Counted from the first letter of the stretch, positions 1 through 13,912 are shown. The stretch: DNA of 64,000 nucleotides from Paramecium tetraurelia (GCA_000165425.1 CT868012.1:186001-250000), one strand, 5' to 3'. The notes: generated from the sequence alone by a model not told the origin. Translations and numbers: made by a program.

Positions 1-1207
1 TTCAATAGGGCTATTTGATTATTAATTTCTTATAATTCTTCTATGCTGTCCTAGAATATGCAATCGATATTCAAATTTTTCAACTTGTATTTAATTTCCA
101 TATCCTTCAAAGTTTATCTCATTTATTCTGGTTTACTCAATATATCTGCTATATCTAAGATTTCATTAAGAGTCATAGTATCCCAATCTTTACCAATGCT
201 ACTTAGGATTTTAAAGACTTCCAAATCTGTCTATGCCATGATCCCATTCAATTATATTATAATTGCGTTGATTTTTTCAATAAATGAACTTTTCAATTAA
301 AATAACAATTATTTGATAATTCCGATTTATGATGTTCTGGATTAATAAAACTATGTCAGGATTTCTGATTATTATCTTTCATAGTTTCTCCACATGTTTT
401 AACATTTTGACAAAGATGTAAAAATACATGGGTCGCATTCTACACATCTTGCCCTATAATCTCTTTCTTACTACTCACTTAAATCAAATAGTATTATTTC
501 CTTATCATGTTATTTGCAAATCAAATCTAACTTTGGAGTTCTCTTTTAACAATATATTAATATATTCATACTTAAACATTTAGCTTTTTATTTTCTTCAT
601 TCATCTCATTATTATCTATTAATTTTATCTTTTTTCTTACGTCCACTTAAATTATTAACTCAAGACACTCATTTAATATATCATCTTATTACAAGCTCAA
701 TATCTAATGTTATATTTGATTCTAAAATTCAATAACACTCTACTCTTCGCCAATCTTCCTCATTCTCTAACATTTTGATAATTCCTCTATTAATTATTCT
801 CCAAAATTCCGTATATTTAAGGTTCCACAAAAATTTTCAAATTAATCATTTTACATTCCTCCTTAATCAAAAATCAATGTGCTGAGTTCTATTCTTTCGT
901 TTATTTTATTGTTTATTTAATCAAATGTTGACGAAAAGTGATTCTGCAATTTCTACACAATCATTTGCATATTTTTTAAGAAACCTATTTTCTCTTTCTA
1001 TTCCTCTTCATATTGATTCTAAAATTCCAATCTGAATTATTCAAATACTAATTTAGCATCTTTCAACAAAAATATGTGCTTATTGTTCGCTTTTTCTGCT
1101 AAACAATTCTCACACAAAATTGAATAATTATTTTCATCTCTTATCTAGCACTCTACAGCAATTCCAGCCTTTTGATGATACTAACAGCTTTCTAAAGCCT
1201 AAGACAT
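1..1207 (-). CDS. 5' part of a large protein with two Cys/His (zinc-binding-like) motifs separated by coiled coil; runs off the window start
   Basis: Code-6 ORF from ATG at 1207 (MSQALESCQYHQK...ILCENCL) with a second motif LICKQHDKEII...RCVEC near 440-530 and Q/E/K-rich helical segments. It resembles N-termini of expanded Paramecium WD40-type families (inference; the C-terminus is not visible). Confidence 0.65.
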
Positions 1208-1984
1208 CGCCTATGACACAACAAGATTAACTTTAATTCAAATAATCAATATCCGCGTATACAATTTATAACATATTTTATCATTGAATACTATTTGGTA
1301 AGAAATTATATCATTCATTATTTGTGCCAACTTTTTTCATTCAATTTTCCAGATTCTAAAACAAAGACTTACATTTTTAACCTATTAAGTCAATAGGAAA
1401 GAATAATTATCTCTTGTTAAATCATAATCATTTTCTAGATTTCTATAAACTAATAATTTTTCTTTATAATTTAAATGAAAATACTTAATTTTTTTATTCA
1501 TAATCTTTGTTATTTACTTATAATTGCTAGCCAATTCTTTTAGGAAATTAATTAACCTTGCTTGTAAAGACTTCTAATAATATTGTCAGATTATTATAAC
1601 TTTAATTATATATGAATTAAAGAATCCCTATATAAATATTATATTGTAGAAAGATATTTATATAATGAATATTTTTAATATGTATTATCCTCTTTAAACA
1701 TAATAAATTGGATTAGAAGTACTTTTCCAAGATATAATATTTAGATATCATATATAGTATTTTCAATTCTTATTATAAATATAATTTAGATATGATAATT
1801 AATGTTTTTTTCAAATTTAAGATGAATAGAGAAAAACATGACTTTGTAGTCATCTAAGCAACACTATTTTCATAAATTAGAAGAATTAGAACTCAAGATT
1901 AATTGATTATTTTTAATATATCAAATACCAATCAAAGAATAAATAGTAAATAAATTATATTAAATTGAATTAAGTAATTTAATT

Positions 1985-2313
1985 ATGAAATATACTTACG
2001 ATTAAGTGAAAGGGGTGGCATAAGAAGAATAAGGAGGGGATATGCAACAAATTTTTTCATTTTTGTTGGCATTTGCTGGAACTTGGATGAAAGTAAATAA
2101 AATTTTAAAGGATAGCAAAAAGTTTTTATTTGGATGGCATTTTTTTTTTTGATGTCATCATGTGCAACAATGAAGACCAGATCAGCTAACTATATGCAGA
2201 TTATACTGAATTTTGGCATAATTGTTATGGGATTCCTATCATTATATGTTTGGCAGCCAAAACATGAGATGTTGTTGCAACAACAAAGGGAATAAGCAGT
2301 GCTATAAAATTGA
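1985..2313 (+). CDS. Small multi-pass ER membrane protein, Asterix/PAT10 (UPF0139)-like
   Basis: After removing a 23-nt intron (gtaaataaaattttaaaggatag): MKYTYDQVKGVAQEEQGGDMQQIFSFLLAFAGTWMKQKVFIWMAFFFLMSSCATMKTRSANYMQIILNFGIIVMGFLSLYVWQPK..., about 101 aa. The size, three hydrophobic segments and MKxK..W pattern match Asterix as I recall it. Confidence 0.6.
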
Positions 2314-2356
2314 TAATGTTAATATTGTTAAAAAATAATGAAATTTATCAATTAAT

Positions 2357-4410
2357 TCATGAATAGGCTAAAAAATATAAATGTATTAATTACCTAGACA
2401 TTCTAAGGTAAAATCGTCTATACGGCCACTCTAGCAATAGCAACTATTTCCTTATTTAATAAAATTAGCTTCACATTCGTTACAAGTTTGTTGATCAGAA
2501 CATTTCTAACAACCTAAAGGACATAAAACACATTTTTATTATTGAACATCAAAAATAAATCCATTTTTACATTTCTTGAAATCATTAGAGTTCTAATCGT
2601 AGATCCATTCTTTGCAATCAGATTCATTTGGACCAAAACATGATTTGCATAATGGATAACATCTTGAAATCATGACATTAACTTTAGATATTCCAAAACT
2701 GAAAATAGAACGGTCTTCTTAATGTGAAAGTAAAGATAATTGTAGGTTATTTGATTAATGGGCAAATTATTAGCTAATTTGCTGCACTTAATTTTATTGT
2801 GATCTGATAATTAATACAGTGTTGTTATCTTAATTCAATTCGAGGGTATTGGGGTATACATTGTTACCCAATTCAAAAGTTAGTATATTGAATTAAACTA
2901 TGACTTAATAATGAGGTGGCAAAGAATAGAATTACTTCTAATAGAGCTAAATCGGTTCTCTTTATAAGCCTCCAAAATATCTAACTCCATCATAAAATGT
3001 TCCAAAATAACTTTATTTGACTGAAGCTAGAGTTGTAACATTTTTTGATAAGAAATTAGCAATTATATTGTCATCATAGGCTCTCATAATTACATCAGCA
3101 TTTGGATAATTTTCTTTGACATCTGCGCAAGTATTTTCATTATAAATTTATGAATATTTAGGACAAGACTCAACACAATGTCCCAAATATAACAAAAAGC
3201 CGGATTTACATGATTAGCATGTACTTTTAGTTGAGCATTCTTAACATTATGGTGAACAATTTTATTCATTAAACACAACTTAGTTTATGCCCCATTTTGT
3301 ATTTGGATCTCCTTTTAATGAAAATTTGATGTTTGAATTTGCATTGGCATCAATAATATAATCAATATGGAATAATTTGTATCCCTTCTATCCTGTAATT
3401 GTTTGATTAGAGAGTGGCTTAACATTAGTTTTTATCTTATCAACTTGAATGTAGATTTCAGGACTTATAAGTGATTAGAATATGTAAATATCTGCTCTTA
3501 CTCTAATGGAATTGAATAAATTTGTATTATTGAATTAGTAACTAATAGTTTAATCTACAGAAAATAATCCAATCACACCAGAGTAGGTTTTGTCTTGCAA
3601 TTCTTATGCAATTTCATTTTCAATTATTGTCCATCCTGTATAATCATAGGTATTCCAAAAAAAGAGCTGCATTTATTCAATATCTATGATAAAATGTAGT
3701 TCATACTTTTATCAAGCGCGCATTTGTTGGATGAGGCATCATAATATTCAGAAACATCACATTTAGATAAACATTGATTCTAAACTATACTGAAATATGG
3801 TAGGTCTGGAGGGCAAACACATTGATTAGTTTTTCTATTAAGTTAAGTTCCAATTGCACAAGATCGACACTAATTTTCTTTAGGACCCACACATTAAGTA
3901 CATGATTCATGACATAATTTAGGTACTATTTATATGTTTCTTACTCCTAAAATAAAATCTGTTGTATTTTCCAATTAAATCAATAAATTCAGATCTTACT
4001 AAAAATGAGAGTAGCTTGTTGAGTATGTCACAATCTCACTGTCGACTGAATCATCACAAAAAGGAGAGGGGTATTTGTATTGTTTCTAATACTAATCAAT
4101 TAGGATGGTATCCAGGTATATATTGACATTTTTCTCTGTGTATTCACCGAGAAGGTAAAAATCAACATATATTTCCACAGCAAAATGGGGTTCGTTAATT
4201 TTAAATTGAAAATTCAGATTGGGTTATTATTGATCAATGTAGTAGAAATCAATTTTATCTTGTAAAGAACACTGCTTCACATTGGTTTGAAATAGTTCGG
4301 ACAAGGAGGGTTCACTCAATTCTTCGTAGACAATCTAGGCAACTATTTAAAGTATTGAGATGATAATTACAAGTGTGTGCTAATAAGTTAGAAATCAAGA
4401 AGAACAACAT
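2357..4410 (-). CDS. Secreted or surface cysteine-rich protein with furin-like CxxC repeats
   Basis: Signal peptide MLFFLISNLLAHTFAQ (after a 28-nt intron). Repeated modules end in motifs such as CHESCTQCVGP, CHPLCKSCFGP and CPLGCQKCSDQQTCNEC. TGA follows a final tiny intron. Confidence 0.8.
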
Positions 4411-4701
4411 GATGTAATAATTGTTTGAAAATTATTTTAATCTCTCGTTTAGAATAAATAAGTCTTTTATTTTGTGTAATAAATCTTGTTGATATCATTT
4501 AATTATACATACAATAATATTATTGATTATCGTGAAAATGACATATTAATTATTAGGGTACTACAAATTATTTTAATTCTGTGAATTAAGGATCAGATCG
4601 ATCATGATTAGGTTAATAAGAATTAAATTAGATTTTTTGAATCAATATAAAGCATTTACAAATGTTAATCATTTAATATAAAATTTAGTTCATTGAACAT
4701 A

Positions 4702-7700
4702 ATGAGCTACAAATAGTAAAGAGATGTAGAAGCCTAATTTCAATCTCAATTAACTACAGACGACTTGACTGATTTATTTAAGTTGAACTAAATCAACGAT
4801 GGATCCAGTATGTAAAAGATGAAATAATTCGGAGATGATAATGGAATAGCGAGGAAATTAAATACAGATTTGAAGGTAAAAATAATTGTAATTTTATAAG
4901 AAAGGGTTTTCGGACAAGAGTGCAATAGAGAAGTCAAAGTAATTGTATGGGGACAACACACCTGTTGAGAAGGAGCCAACAACATTATGGGAATTGATAA
5001 TGGAATGTCTGGGGGACACAATGCTATAGATTTTATTGATTGCAGCACTGGTTTCGACTGTAATCGGTATGATCAATGAGGGAGTCAAAACAGGATGGAC
5101 TGAAGGGTACTAAAATTTGAAATAATCTTAGTGCAACGATATTTTTTGCTATATTCTTGATTATTTCAATCACAGCAGGTAACAACTACTTAAAGGAGAA
5201 ACAATTTAGATAGTTACGTAGGAAATTGGACGATGGAAAATGTTAAGTCATTAGAGATGGTAAAGTAACGGAAATAGCAACCAAAGACATAGTGGTTGGA
5301 GATTTGTTAATTTTCAATTTAGGGGATTTGTTCGTTGTAGATGGTAATAGAGTGTATCAATAAAATAGGTTTGATGGTTTAAGGAAGCGCAGTGAAAATC
5401 GATGAATCTCCTATGACAGGTGAGAGTGATGAGATCAAGAAATTACCATATTTTGAGATGGCATAACAACAGCACAATCAATTGAATGTAAATCAAGATG
5501 CAGCCAGAGGACACGTAAGTCCATTCTTAATCTCAGGAACAAAATGCCTTGATGGTACAGGACAGATGATTGTGTTGGCAGGTACAAGATTATTAATATA
5601 ATAAAGTGGGTTAAAATACAGTGTCAGGGAAATTGAAACAATTATTGATTCAAGAGAATCCTCCAACTCCCCTACAATAGAAATTAGAAGGAGTTGCTTC
5701 AGATATAGGTAAGTTGGGTGTTTTAGTATCTATTTTAACATTTATTGCTTTGATGGGACATCTAGGATATGATTGTTAATAGGGTAAGTTTCCATTCCTA
5801 AGTATAAAGACCTTACAAATCATAGTGGAATCTTTTATGATTGCTGTTACAATTATTGTGGTGGCAGTGCCAGAAGGATTGCCATTGGCAGTTACAATTG
5901 CATTAGCATATTCAGTGGGCAAAATGAAGGATGAATAGAATTTGGTTAAGAATTTATCATCATGTGAAATAATGGGTGGAGCTAATAACATTTGTAGTGA
6001 TAAAACAGGAACACTAACATAAAACATAATGTAAGTTGTAGCTTTGTGGACTGAAAACCAAACATTTAAAGATTAAGTCCACACTAATAAAAATAAAATC
6101 AAGAAAGAAACTATCGAACTTATGAGTGAAAGCATTTGCTATAACTCAAATGCATTTCCTGAAAAAGACCCCTAAACCAACAAATGGATTCAAATAGGAA
6201 ATAAGACAGAATGTGCTTTGTTGGAATGTGCAGACAATTTTGGATACAATTTTAATCAATTTAGACCTAGTGATAAAGTATTAAGATAGCTTCCATTCAA
6301 CAGTAAAAGAAAGAAGATGAGCACAGTTATTTTCAATTAAAAATCATAATATATTAGAGTCTATACTAAAGGAGCATCTGAAATTGTATTGGCGTAATGC
6401 AATAAGTATATTGGAAACAATGGTATTGAATAAATGTTAGATCCACAATTGAGAAAGAATATCTATGATAATATTATCCAAAAATTTGCATCTGATTCTT
6501 TGAGAACAATTGCCATTGCTTATAGAGATCTTGATCCTCAATCACATGGATCAAATATTAGAGGATAGATTACATAATTGACTAAAGTAGCATAAAATAT
6601 TCCTGAGGATGATCTAGATAAAGATCTAGTATTGATTGCTATTGCAGGTATCAAAGATCCAATTAGACCTGATGTTCCTCATTCAATTAAATAATGTCAT
6701 GAATCTGGTGTCAAAGTCAGAATGGTCACTGGAGATAACATTCTTACTGCCACTGCCATCGCTAAGGAATGTGGAATCCTACCAACAAATAGAGAAATCG
6801 GTGAATGGGAAGTTGTAGAAGGTAAGAAGTTTAGAGAATTCGTTGGCGGATTAAAGGATGAGTAAGTTGATGGAAAAACAGTGAAAGTTATAGGTAATAA
6901 AGAAAACTTCGCCAGAGTTAGTAGGGATATGAAGGTCATGGCTAGAGCATCTCCAGAAGATAAATATATACTTGTTACTGGTTTGATTGCTGAAGGGAAT
7001 GTAATTGCTGTAACAGGAGATGGTACCAATGATGCTCCAGCCTTAAAGAAGGCAGATGTTGGATTTGCTATGGGTATCACAGGATCCGATGTTGCCAAAG
7101 ATGCTGCTGATATCATTCTATTAGATGATAACTTTAGCTCTATCATTACAGGTATTTGTAATCTTTAGATTTAGCTATGAAATGGGGTAGAAACATATAC
7201 GATTGCATAAGAAAGTTCATCTAATTTTAATTGACTGTCAATTTAGTTGCTTTGTTCATGTCCTTTTTAGGAGCTGTGGTCCTCAAGGAATCCCCCTTGA
7301 ACACAATTGAAATGTTATGGGTTAACCTTATTATGGATACCTTTGCTTCTTTGGCCTTGGCGACTGAACCTCCCAATATTACTGTTCTTGAAAGATAACC
7401 ATACAAAAGAGATGATAAAATTGTCTCACCCACAATGAACAGAACAATTGTTGGTGGATCCATATATTAGATTTTTGTTCTTTGTTTCATATTATTCATG
7501 CTTCCTTAATTTATGGATTTGTCTATGCCTGAAGAATTGTTTGGTTAGAAAGTAATTTATTAATTCATTTATTTAGTACCACAAAAATGTAGTCCAAATG
7601 AGTATTTTCTTCTAGACTTTCGTTGTTATGCAAGTCTTCAATTCCATATCTTGCAGACAATTAGATTACAAGACTATCAATCCATTTGCTAATGCTTGTA

Positions 7701-8053
7701 ATAACCCTTTGTTCTGGGGTGTCCAAACTTTTACGTTGATTATTTAATGCGTGCTCATCTAATATGGAGGCAAATTTGTAAAGGTTTCTCATTTAACTTT
7801 ACAACAACACCTCTTGTGTCTTGGATTTGGTGTTGGCAGCATCATATTCTCAATTCTGGTCAAAATTGCCATCCCTGAACGTTGGTGTTAATTTGTTGAG
7901 TTGTTTAGAGAATAGGAAGTTCAATCAGGAGATATGGATACTTCCTTGACAAGTGTCCTTAGAAGAAAATCAACCAATAGGTTAGGTAATTCAAGAAGGA
8001 GCATGGATTAATAAGGCAGTCAAGTTAAAATGAGTGCTTAAAGAATTTAATGA
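4702..8053 (+). CDS. PMCA: Plasma-membrane-type Ca2+-transporting P-type ATPase (P2B)
   Basis: Motifs [32 protein letters not shown] (phosphorylated Asp near 5999), [37 protein letters not shown] and [19 protein letters not shown]. About six tiny introns. Confidence 0.97.
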
Positions 8054-8125
8054 TATAAATACACATCAATTATAACATAAAATATTTCTATGATCAAATA
8101 AATTATTTATTTAATATCAAAACCA

Positions 8126-9506
8126 ATGTTAATCTAAAAGTAATATCGATTATATTTTAGAACCAAAATAAAGAAAATTATATCTTATTTCTGCATACAT
8201 TACATTTACTTTAACTTATTTGCATTGTTATTTGCTCTATTCCAATATAATCGAATTCCTTTTGCAATTCCATTAGGATTGAGCATTACCTAAGAAATCT
8301 TAATATGCTATTACTATTCAAACAAAGAAATCGTCAAGATGCTTGACCATGTTCTGCACATTATGGCATACGTAATTTCCACAAATATTACTCAAGAACT
8401 TTGTTATCATCCTTTTCTACACAAACCTCCAATATTATATATTTGGAAATTTGTTTTTCCTTCTATCCTTTGTTATCAGAACTAAAGAAAGTTGTTAATC
8501 GTAAGTAACGCATGAATATTCTTCCATCATTAGATTTGTAAACAAATAAATTCATTATCAATATAGTTAAAAACCTTTTATAGATTTTCATAACTGATAG
8601 CAAGCGTTTGCATCTCCCTAAAACTTAGTAAATACGTTGAATGGACTTGGCCTTAAGCATTCTGGTGGTACTGGATGTTTCTGAGTGCTTTAGTTGGTAC
8701 AAGCTTTACTTTAGTTATTCTACTTCTATCAAAAATTATTAATGAAATCTTCAAGCAATATCAGACAGTTCCTTAAGAATGTAAAAAATATTTTAATATT
8801 AGATAAATCCCTCATTTGGGCCCTTTACATTTCAATAATAAGCAGCGTTCTTTCTATCATGTGGATTATTAACACTTTCAATATCTTAGGATTGGATATG
8901 CCAATTGTAATAGGAGAAGTGCTGTTTTATTCTACAGTTTCTTCCAATTTAGTACTATTTTGTGCTATTACTAAATTGTTTTGGGACTCCATTATTGATT
9001 ATTCTGTTGATATATTATAATCACAAATAACTGATATAGAATCACAAAGAGAATTACCTGCGATCTAAGTCATTTAATAAAAACAGTTTGAAAAAAAGAA
9101 GGCCGTTCATTAAATATTTTTAAAAAAGCTCTCATCGGCTTTTTTTAGATTGACAACTAAAGAAGACTTATTCTAATAATCGCAAAAGACTACAGATTTG
9201 ATGACTGAAAGAGGACAAACTAAAAAAATACTATAAACTACAGAAGTTGAATCCAAATAATTATAAGAAAACTAAAATAAATTAAATGAATCTAATTAGA
9301 AATGTATTATATGTTGTGAAAATCCACCTAATGCAGTTTTAATGATATGTGGTCATGGTGGAATTTGTTATAAGTGCGGATTGGAAATGGCTCAAAAAAG
9401 TAAAGAATGTTTTTTATGTCGATAAAAAATTGTGTTCATTTATGAAATCTCCAATTTTAATGACGACCTTATGAAAGTAGTAACAATAACTAAATTTAAT
9501 TACTGA
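8126..9506 (+). CDS. Multi-pass membrane protein with C-terminal C3HC4 RING finger (probable E3 ligase)
   Basis: Hydrophobic N-terminal two thirds (e.g. EWTWPQAFWWYWMFLSALVG), then CYICCENPPNAVLMICGHGGICYKCGLEMAQKSKECFLCR at about 9303-9422. The start could alternatively be the ATG at 8090. Confidence 0.85.
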
Positions 9507-9531
9507 TTATCTATTTTTAAATTAAATATAC

Positions 9532-12500
9532 TCAACTTTATTATTGTTTTTCCTAATTTGAATTTTCATTTAACTAAACAAGAAGTTCTGAACTTTTCGA
9601 TCTCTTATTATAATACTAGTCAGTTATCTATTTTCGTTTTGTATTTCTAATACTTCCAGATATAGACTCAGCTTATTTCTCTAGCACTAGTTACTCTGAA
9701 ATAAACAAACTTGCTCTAGGTCTAGTTTAAGGAGATTCCTCTGTTTAAATGGTCTCATTTTCTTATTATTATTATTATGAATATTCTAAAGCCGTTTTAA
9801 TAAAAAATTATCCAAAACTTAACATTGCCTTTGTATTTTACCCTAAAATAATCCTATTTTTGGGTTGTATTGAATTCTCAAACATATGAGTAAATAGTAA
9901 TAGTTAGCTTTATTTTAAAAATTTAGAAATTAATATTTTAAGTTCTTCTTTTTTTTGTTTCTGCTTATTTTCTACAACAGATTACTTAAAAAAACTATTG
10001 ATTGATAACACAGTGTTTCTTTTTTAAGGTTGAATGATACTAGATTTATTATTATTATTATTCTTATTTGTTGTTTACTTTTGCTAATAATTATTCATTT
10101 CAGTTCCTAAACTCATATCATAGAATTCTTTAAAGTTGGCAATTGGAAATTAGATTTTCCCAAAATTATTAACAAATTCATCATAAGTGGCTTTGACTCT
10201 CATAAATTCAATATAAATGGTCCATTCTTCCATTAATTCTTCGCTTGATGCTGAAAAATAGAAATCTCTTCGCGGCATTAATTTTTATCTTTTAAACCAA
10301 TTACCTGTTCTAATCTCAAAAGCATACTTTTAATTAACTTTTTCTTTGTCATTAAGTGGAACAATCTAATAGATACTACTAAGAATGATAGTGGCCAAAG
10401 CATTCTATGGTTATCGATGATAGTCTTATTCACTATAATAATATTTTAATTCTTTTTAGGTCATTAAACAATATCTTTCTGCCCAAGTGACATTCTTATC
10501 TGATTTCTTTTTCAACAAACCAAGTTTGATATTGTTAGTTTTAGCTATTAATTTAGTCTATATCGATTTGATTATTATAGATCTTTTGGCTTTATGAGAT
10601 AATTCTAATCCCCTTGGTTTCAGGTTTGATTAACTATGCCACTTTTATTCAGCCAGAATCCAAGTATGCTCTAATCTTTGGGCTTCCAATTTTTCATCAA
10701 TTTCAAACTAAGATGGAATTTCTTATAATGCTTGTGCATAATATTTATGCAATTCCCTCCGTTAAGAGTACAGTAATCGTTAATAGATTATTTCTCTTAG
10801 GAATGGTTTAGCAAACCTGTAATACTTATTCAAATCATTAAGTTCCATGGTTTCAATGATTTCCAACTCTTCTAAACTATTTAAAATCTTAATCAAATTT
10901 TCTTTTTAGATGACTTCTTTGAATGGTTGTATCTTATTAAGTGTTTGTACATCAAAGATGTCTCCAATAACAGAGGCTACCTTAAGTATCAATAAATCTA
11001 AGCACCCCACCTTGTCCAAATAGGGTGAATTAAGTCTAAACTTATTTAAGGGAGCCTCTAGTATAATAAACTCATCTAGATTCAATATGTTTAAGAGGGA
11101 ATCATTTACTATAACTACATCTTATTATTTATTATCGACAACCAAGTAATTGCACTTCAAAAATTTTTCGATCTAGATTAATGTATAAATTAATTTATAC
11201 TAAAGTAATGAAGGTGAGCGGGTTGCCTTGGGTTTTTCGATAGAGGGTTTACAAGAAAAATTCTTAAGTATTTGATTGTATTAATTAATTTTTGATGTAT
11301 TCGTAATGCAAAATGTTTTTGTCTATTGAATTGGATGGTTCTTGATTCTTTGAACATCTAATCTTATTGATACGAAATAAATCAGATAACAAAACCTAAT
11401 AGTCATTTAATGAAATATTGTTGAAACTTATGTGTTCAAAATTGCTGAGATCATTTAATTTTGACTTTATTGATTCGAATCCCTCTTCAATCATTTGAAT
11501 TTGAGTTTGGTGTTATTCTTGAAATTAGAATTGCTCAAAGTAATCGTGTCTGAATATAAATATGAGCAGGATAAATTAATTGTGTTTCATAAAGTGTCTA
11601 ATGATTTTTAGGGATTCTTCATCAATGTTATGTCCATCATCTAGAACGAAGATTTACTTATGATTGTTGGTGATAGATTGAAATTTCTTGAATAATAAAT
11701 CTAGACCTTCTTTGACTAGTTGAATATCTAAGGTTTCTTAAGAATCGTTTGTATTTTTAAATTGATTATCAAATAGTTAGATTTAACTAATCGGTTGAAA
11801 GTCAAAGAGTTATATGAGTTGATCTTATTGTTAATTGAAAATTTCATTGAATAACTAAATGTCATACACTTTATTTTATTTGATGGCTATCTACTTCAGG
11901 AAATGTTGGAATATAATTTTGATAGCATACAAATATTATTGTTCCTTCTGCAAAAAGGAACACAATCTAATCTATACAAAGTGAAAATTCTCCTAAAATA
12001 AGTCAATGCTTTGTTTAACAGAATAGGATTTCCCAGATCCTTAATTTCCAGAAACTTTCAATAATACATTCGATTCATTTTGTAGTTGAAATTATTGAAT
12101 TCTTCTTTAGATTAGTCTTAAATTACTAATATCAAATAAATAATTATCGAGAAGCCTTGGAAAGAAAGGGTTATGAATTCTAATTTTATTCAACTCCAAA
12201 TTGATTTCTGGGTAATAGATATTGACTTAGTCTGCTTTTCCTTTAACCATAACTGATTTATAAAAAGAAATGTTCATTTTATATGAAGCTTCCTTTGATG
12301 TTTCAACATCAAGTAAAATGGAATGTTGATCATCTTTACATGCAATTTACATGAGTCTAGCTGCAAGATTAACAGCATCTCCTATAACTGAGTATCTATA
12401 GATAAAATTGATATTTTTAATACTCTCTTCTAGAACCACTAGTTCCGACTACACCAGCAAAAGTGCATCCAGTTGATATGCCAATTTTACATCCACAATT

Positions 12501-13641
12501 GATTGCATCTAATTCCGATTTCATTGTTATAGCAGTCATCACAGCTCTGGCAGGATCATCCTATTTAGCCATAGGAGGTAGACCAAATACTACAATCAAT
12601 GTTGATCCCTTGTCATCCATTAAGATTTTATTGAGAGATCCTTAGAATGCATATATTGATTTTTATACTGTTTCTACAACTTATTAAATATGACTTAACC
12701 CATTAGAAGTGAGAGCTGCTGACAAATCAATACTCAAATTGATAAACATTATTGTTAATATTCTTAATTCAGAACTCCATTTTTCCTAATCTACCTAAAT
12801 TTATACGAATACTTACAAAGATGTATTACTATAAGGCAGCAGGAATGTATCGTATTAATTGACTCTTAATTGATTCGAATGATTGAGCACTAATGTTACT
12901 CTTAATTAAGAGAGCATTTGAAATATTCTATACCTTAGCTCCTTTATTGAAGTTCACAAAGTAAGACTAACGATCCTCCACTTTTATACAATTATAATAC
13001 TATCCCACCATATCGAATACATCCTTGGATATTATCACTTAGCCTCCTTTAGTGGCACAATGTTCACTCTCAAATGCCTAGATCAAAGCCTAACCTGTTG
13101 CTAGAAATTCATTCCTATTGAACACTCCTCCTACATATAAGATGTTGATATCTCCTACTCCAAATCCTATTTTGACAGATAATTTTATATTCTCTAGGAT
13201 GAAGGTATCATTTAATTTAGCCTAAATATCTAAGGCACTTTATATTCCTTATCGCAGTAGGATTTTGAGTTACTCGCCTTTATCATTTTATCCTGTTGGA
13301 GGTGGCCATACTACTATAATAGCATCGCCTGCAAATTTGAAAATGTCACCTCCACTTTTGGATATTGATTTAATCAATAATTCCATGTATCTATTGATTG
13401 CAAATGCTATCACTTCTGATCCCTCCGGTCCTATTTTAGAGAGTTGTTCTGTTAAGTTTGTGAATCCACAAATATCTGCAAACATGATGACACTCTTGAA
13501 TGACTGGATTTCTGGAACATGCTGTTTAATTCCCTTGATCTAATTTTCAAGTATATGCTAAAACACCAGAGCTGGTATGAAGCCTAATATGGATTGAATC
13601 TTAACATTGCTTTATAGATTAACATTCTATTAATTTATCAT
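9532..13641 (-). CDS. Soluble adenylyl cyclase (ADCY10/sAC)-like enzyme: tandem class III cyclase domains, STAND P-loop NTPase, PH domain
   Basis: C1: MFADICGFT and DIFKFAGDA. C2: GSLNKILMDDKGSTLIVVFGLPP and GISTGCTFAGVVG...EYSVIGDAVNLAARLM. Walker A SGNQGSGKS (~12030-12055), Walker B FVLDDGHNID, then TQGNPL, LKVASVIG and YRFAKPFLREIIYQRLLYSQRRELH. PH-like segment at ~10200-10530. No transmembrane segments seen. Confidence 0.92.
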
Positions 13642-13912
13642 ATTAATTTATATATTAATTTGCCATCACTTTTGTGTTCTAACTTTTATTATTTGTATTT
13701 CTGAAATTCACATTTCTAATATATTTAGTTCATTAAACTGTATTGTTACTTATTACTTCAAGAGGATAAAACCTGTATTTTCAGCATTTTGGGGCTAATT
13801 TATAAATTTAGAAAATTAGAAATCAAAATAAACAGAATAATATAGTTTATATTGTTAAATGATGTTTTTACCCTTTTCTATAAAGATGAATCGAATATGT
13901 TTATATTAATTT
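13642..13912. promoter_or_regulatory. Putative bidirectional promoter region between the cyclase and the first histidine kinase
   Basis: 271-bp AT-rich gap between two divergently oriented ATGs (13641 on -, 13913 on +). Positional inference only; no specific element identified. Confidence 0.4.

Noticed and set aside
4788..7463. Minus-strand ORFs over the Ca2+-ATPase
   Set aside because: Antisense shadows of a conserved plus-strand gene, with no independent motifs.
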